Source of the DNA: Octopus vulgaris
Taxonomy: Eukaryota
Direction: 5' to 3'
Assembly: GCA_951406725.2 (NCBI GenBank)
Contig: OX597831.1
Location: 25,854,001 to 25,918,000, forward strand
Length of the DNA: 64,000 bases
Below the pieces are notes generated by a model. It saw only the letters and a program-made list of their open reading frames with translations. It searched no databases and was not told where the DNA came from. This document shows positions 62,174 through 64,000 of this stretch, one piece after another. Positions within the stretch are counted from its first letter, which is position 1. Each line of letters opens with the position of its first letter. Made by a program: the position numbers and the translations under genes.

Positions 62174-64000
62174 GTCTATCTATATATATATCCATCATCC
62201 ATCCATACATATATGTATGTATCTCTAACTAAGGAAAACTAAAATTACTTGTTGTAATAACGTCTTTTCTTCTAATGTATACACACAAAAAATTCCTGTA
62301 TTATTTGCTGTGATGTATATATGGTATTATGTAAATAACTGCATTTAAAATTAAACACGTTTTTCCATACTTTAATTGTTTTTCATTATCAGTTTCATCT
62401 CATTTATGCATGATAAGCATATTTACTATCATTATCAAAGCCACAGATATACTAGTCTACAAGTATATTCCTTTGCCTGCTTCTCCAGTTATGTAAAGCA
62501 ACTGCATCAATACTCCTTAATGTTTAGCATTTTTGTGTACGACAGATAGTCACACCTTGGATTGCCAGCTGATGTATTGTTTAGAGGTAAAGGTCCTCCC
62601 CTGGGGCAATTAAAAGATTACAATGCAGGAAGTGTCTTCTAATAAGAAAAATATAATTACATTACTTCAGCTTTGCTTTTTTCCTTTTCATTTTATTCCT
62701 TTGATTGCTAACTAAATACTAAAATATAAACGTTAAAGACATAATGTGAAAGAAGTGACTAAAATTGTTGTTGGGATTTTCAAGTTTTAGGTTCTGTAAT
62801 CAAGTATTAATTAGAACTTTTAATTACTTTTGGTGAAATAAAAGAAGTTTCTAGTTATCTCATAGATTCAGCTTGTTGGAATGGTGCCAAATTCTACACA
62901 CACACACACACTATATGAAAGAGGAATGCGCCTTTTCTTTGACTTGTCTGCAGATTCACCTCAGAATCTATTGGTCATGTATTCAATTTGGCCAGATGAT
63001 TCCAAAGATTATAATAGATATTTAATGATGGCACATTAAATTAAAATTACTACTTGGATTAAGTAGTCTGAGAAACTAGAATGTTAATTACTGACTTTCG
63101 TTTATACAGCTAAGTGGTTCCCAAAATTATATATGAAAACCTCTTGCACAATTTTCAAAAAATCGTAAAAAACCTCTCTCTATATTATAAGGACTACTCT
63201 CACCACTCGAATTTTTATAAGACACTAACTCTAACAAAAATTGTTTTAAAGAGAAAATGTATTCACATAAAAATCAATAATAGCAACTTATTAGTTTGAA
63301 AGTAATTAATATCATTTTATTTTTTCGCTTTTTAGAAACTAAATTTTTATTTAATTTTATTAAATGACACCTTATCACATGAAATTTTTTCAGAGAATCT
63401 TTGAGTTCTGTGGAACCCACTTTTCAGAATTCTGATAGTTAATTTGTAATTGGGCTGCTAGCCAAGTTCCAAAGGAAACTGAACCATTTTAAATTCGTTC
63501 TTCCATACATCAAATTCTTGTGACATTTGAATTTACTTAATGACATTATAGGACTCATAAAAAGTGTTTTATGTAAAGTTTATTTAAAGCATTTTGTATG
63601 AAGAATTTGAGGGTTTATTTTTACAGCCAATATTAATTTCTCTTTTTAGTCATGTAATCCATTAAAATCTAATATTGCCCTTTCTGTTTCATTTCCTCAG
63701 TTTTTACTTTAATCTTTAATACATTGCTAAATTTAGAGAATTCTTTTTATTTTTTTGATAAGTGCACTTGTTGATTTTTTTTCTTTCCCAGTCACCAAGT
63801 TTTCCTTTTACTAAAAGAACTCAAAAACCTGGAAAACAACAAGAATACTTAATTTTCTAAAATTTTTAAAGCTTTCAAAATAACAACAAAAAAAAACGGT
63901 GTGCAAAAACAGTGCATAAAGCAGATGACATTAAATTGTTAAAAGACAAATTTTTCAAGTTTTTAAATGACTTAAGTCTTGTACTTAGTCACAGCTCCAG

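Overview
AT-rich eukaryotic non-coding DNA (intergenic or a very large intron). The SINE heads and the repeat landscape point to a coleoid cephalopod, most likely Octopus; this is inference from recalled repeat families, not a database result. I found no intact host protein-coding gene. Almost all listed ORFs are microsatellite or SINE read-throughs. The window is a mosaic of mobile DNA. Retroelements: about 12 copies of a tRNA-derived SINE with an internal TA/TG microsatellite (my family A), about 12 copies of a second tRNA-derived SINE with two alternative tails (family B), OR-like SINEs with swapped head and tail modules (family C), 5'-truncated LINE 3' ends carrying 62-67 bp hairpin repeats (family D), and fossil RTE and CRE reading frames. 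DNA elements: internally deleted mariner and DD37D/maT elements, TTAA MITEs, a GG-ended MITE carrying TTAGGG repeats, and two Helitron-like elements. A 5'-truncated tRNA-Glu and long microsatellites are also present. The most interesting signals are a degenerate type I hammerhead ribozyme fold (26689-26744, minus), SINE module shuffling, close inverted SINE pairs that could be ADAR substrates, a 188-bp fold-back with a perfect 30-bp core, exact locally templated insertions, and repeated nesting of elements into TA tracts. I found no convincing new multi-gene system. Family letters are my own labels, and boundaries of degraded copies are approximate.
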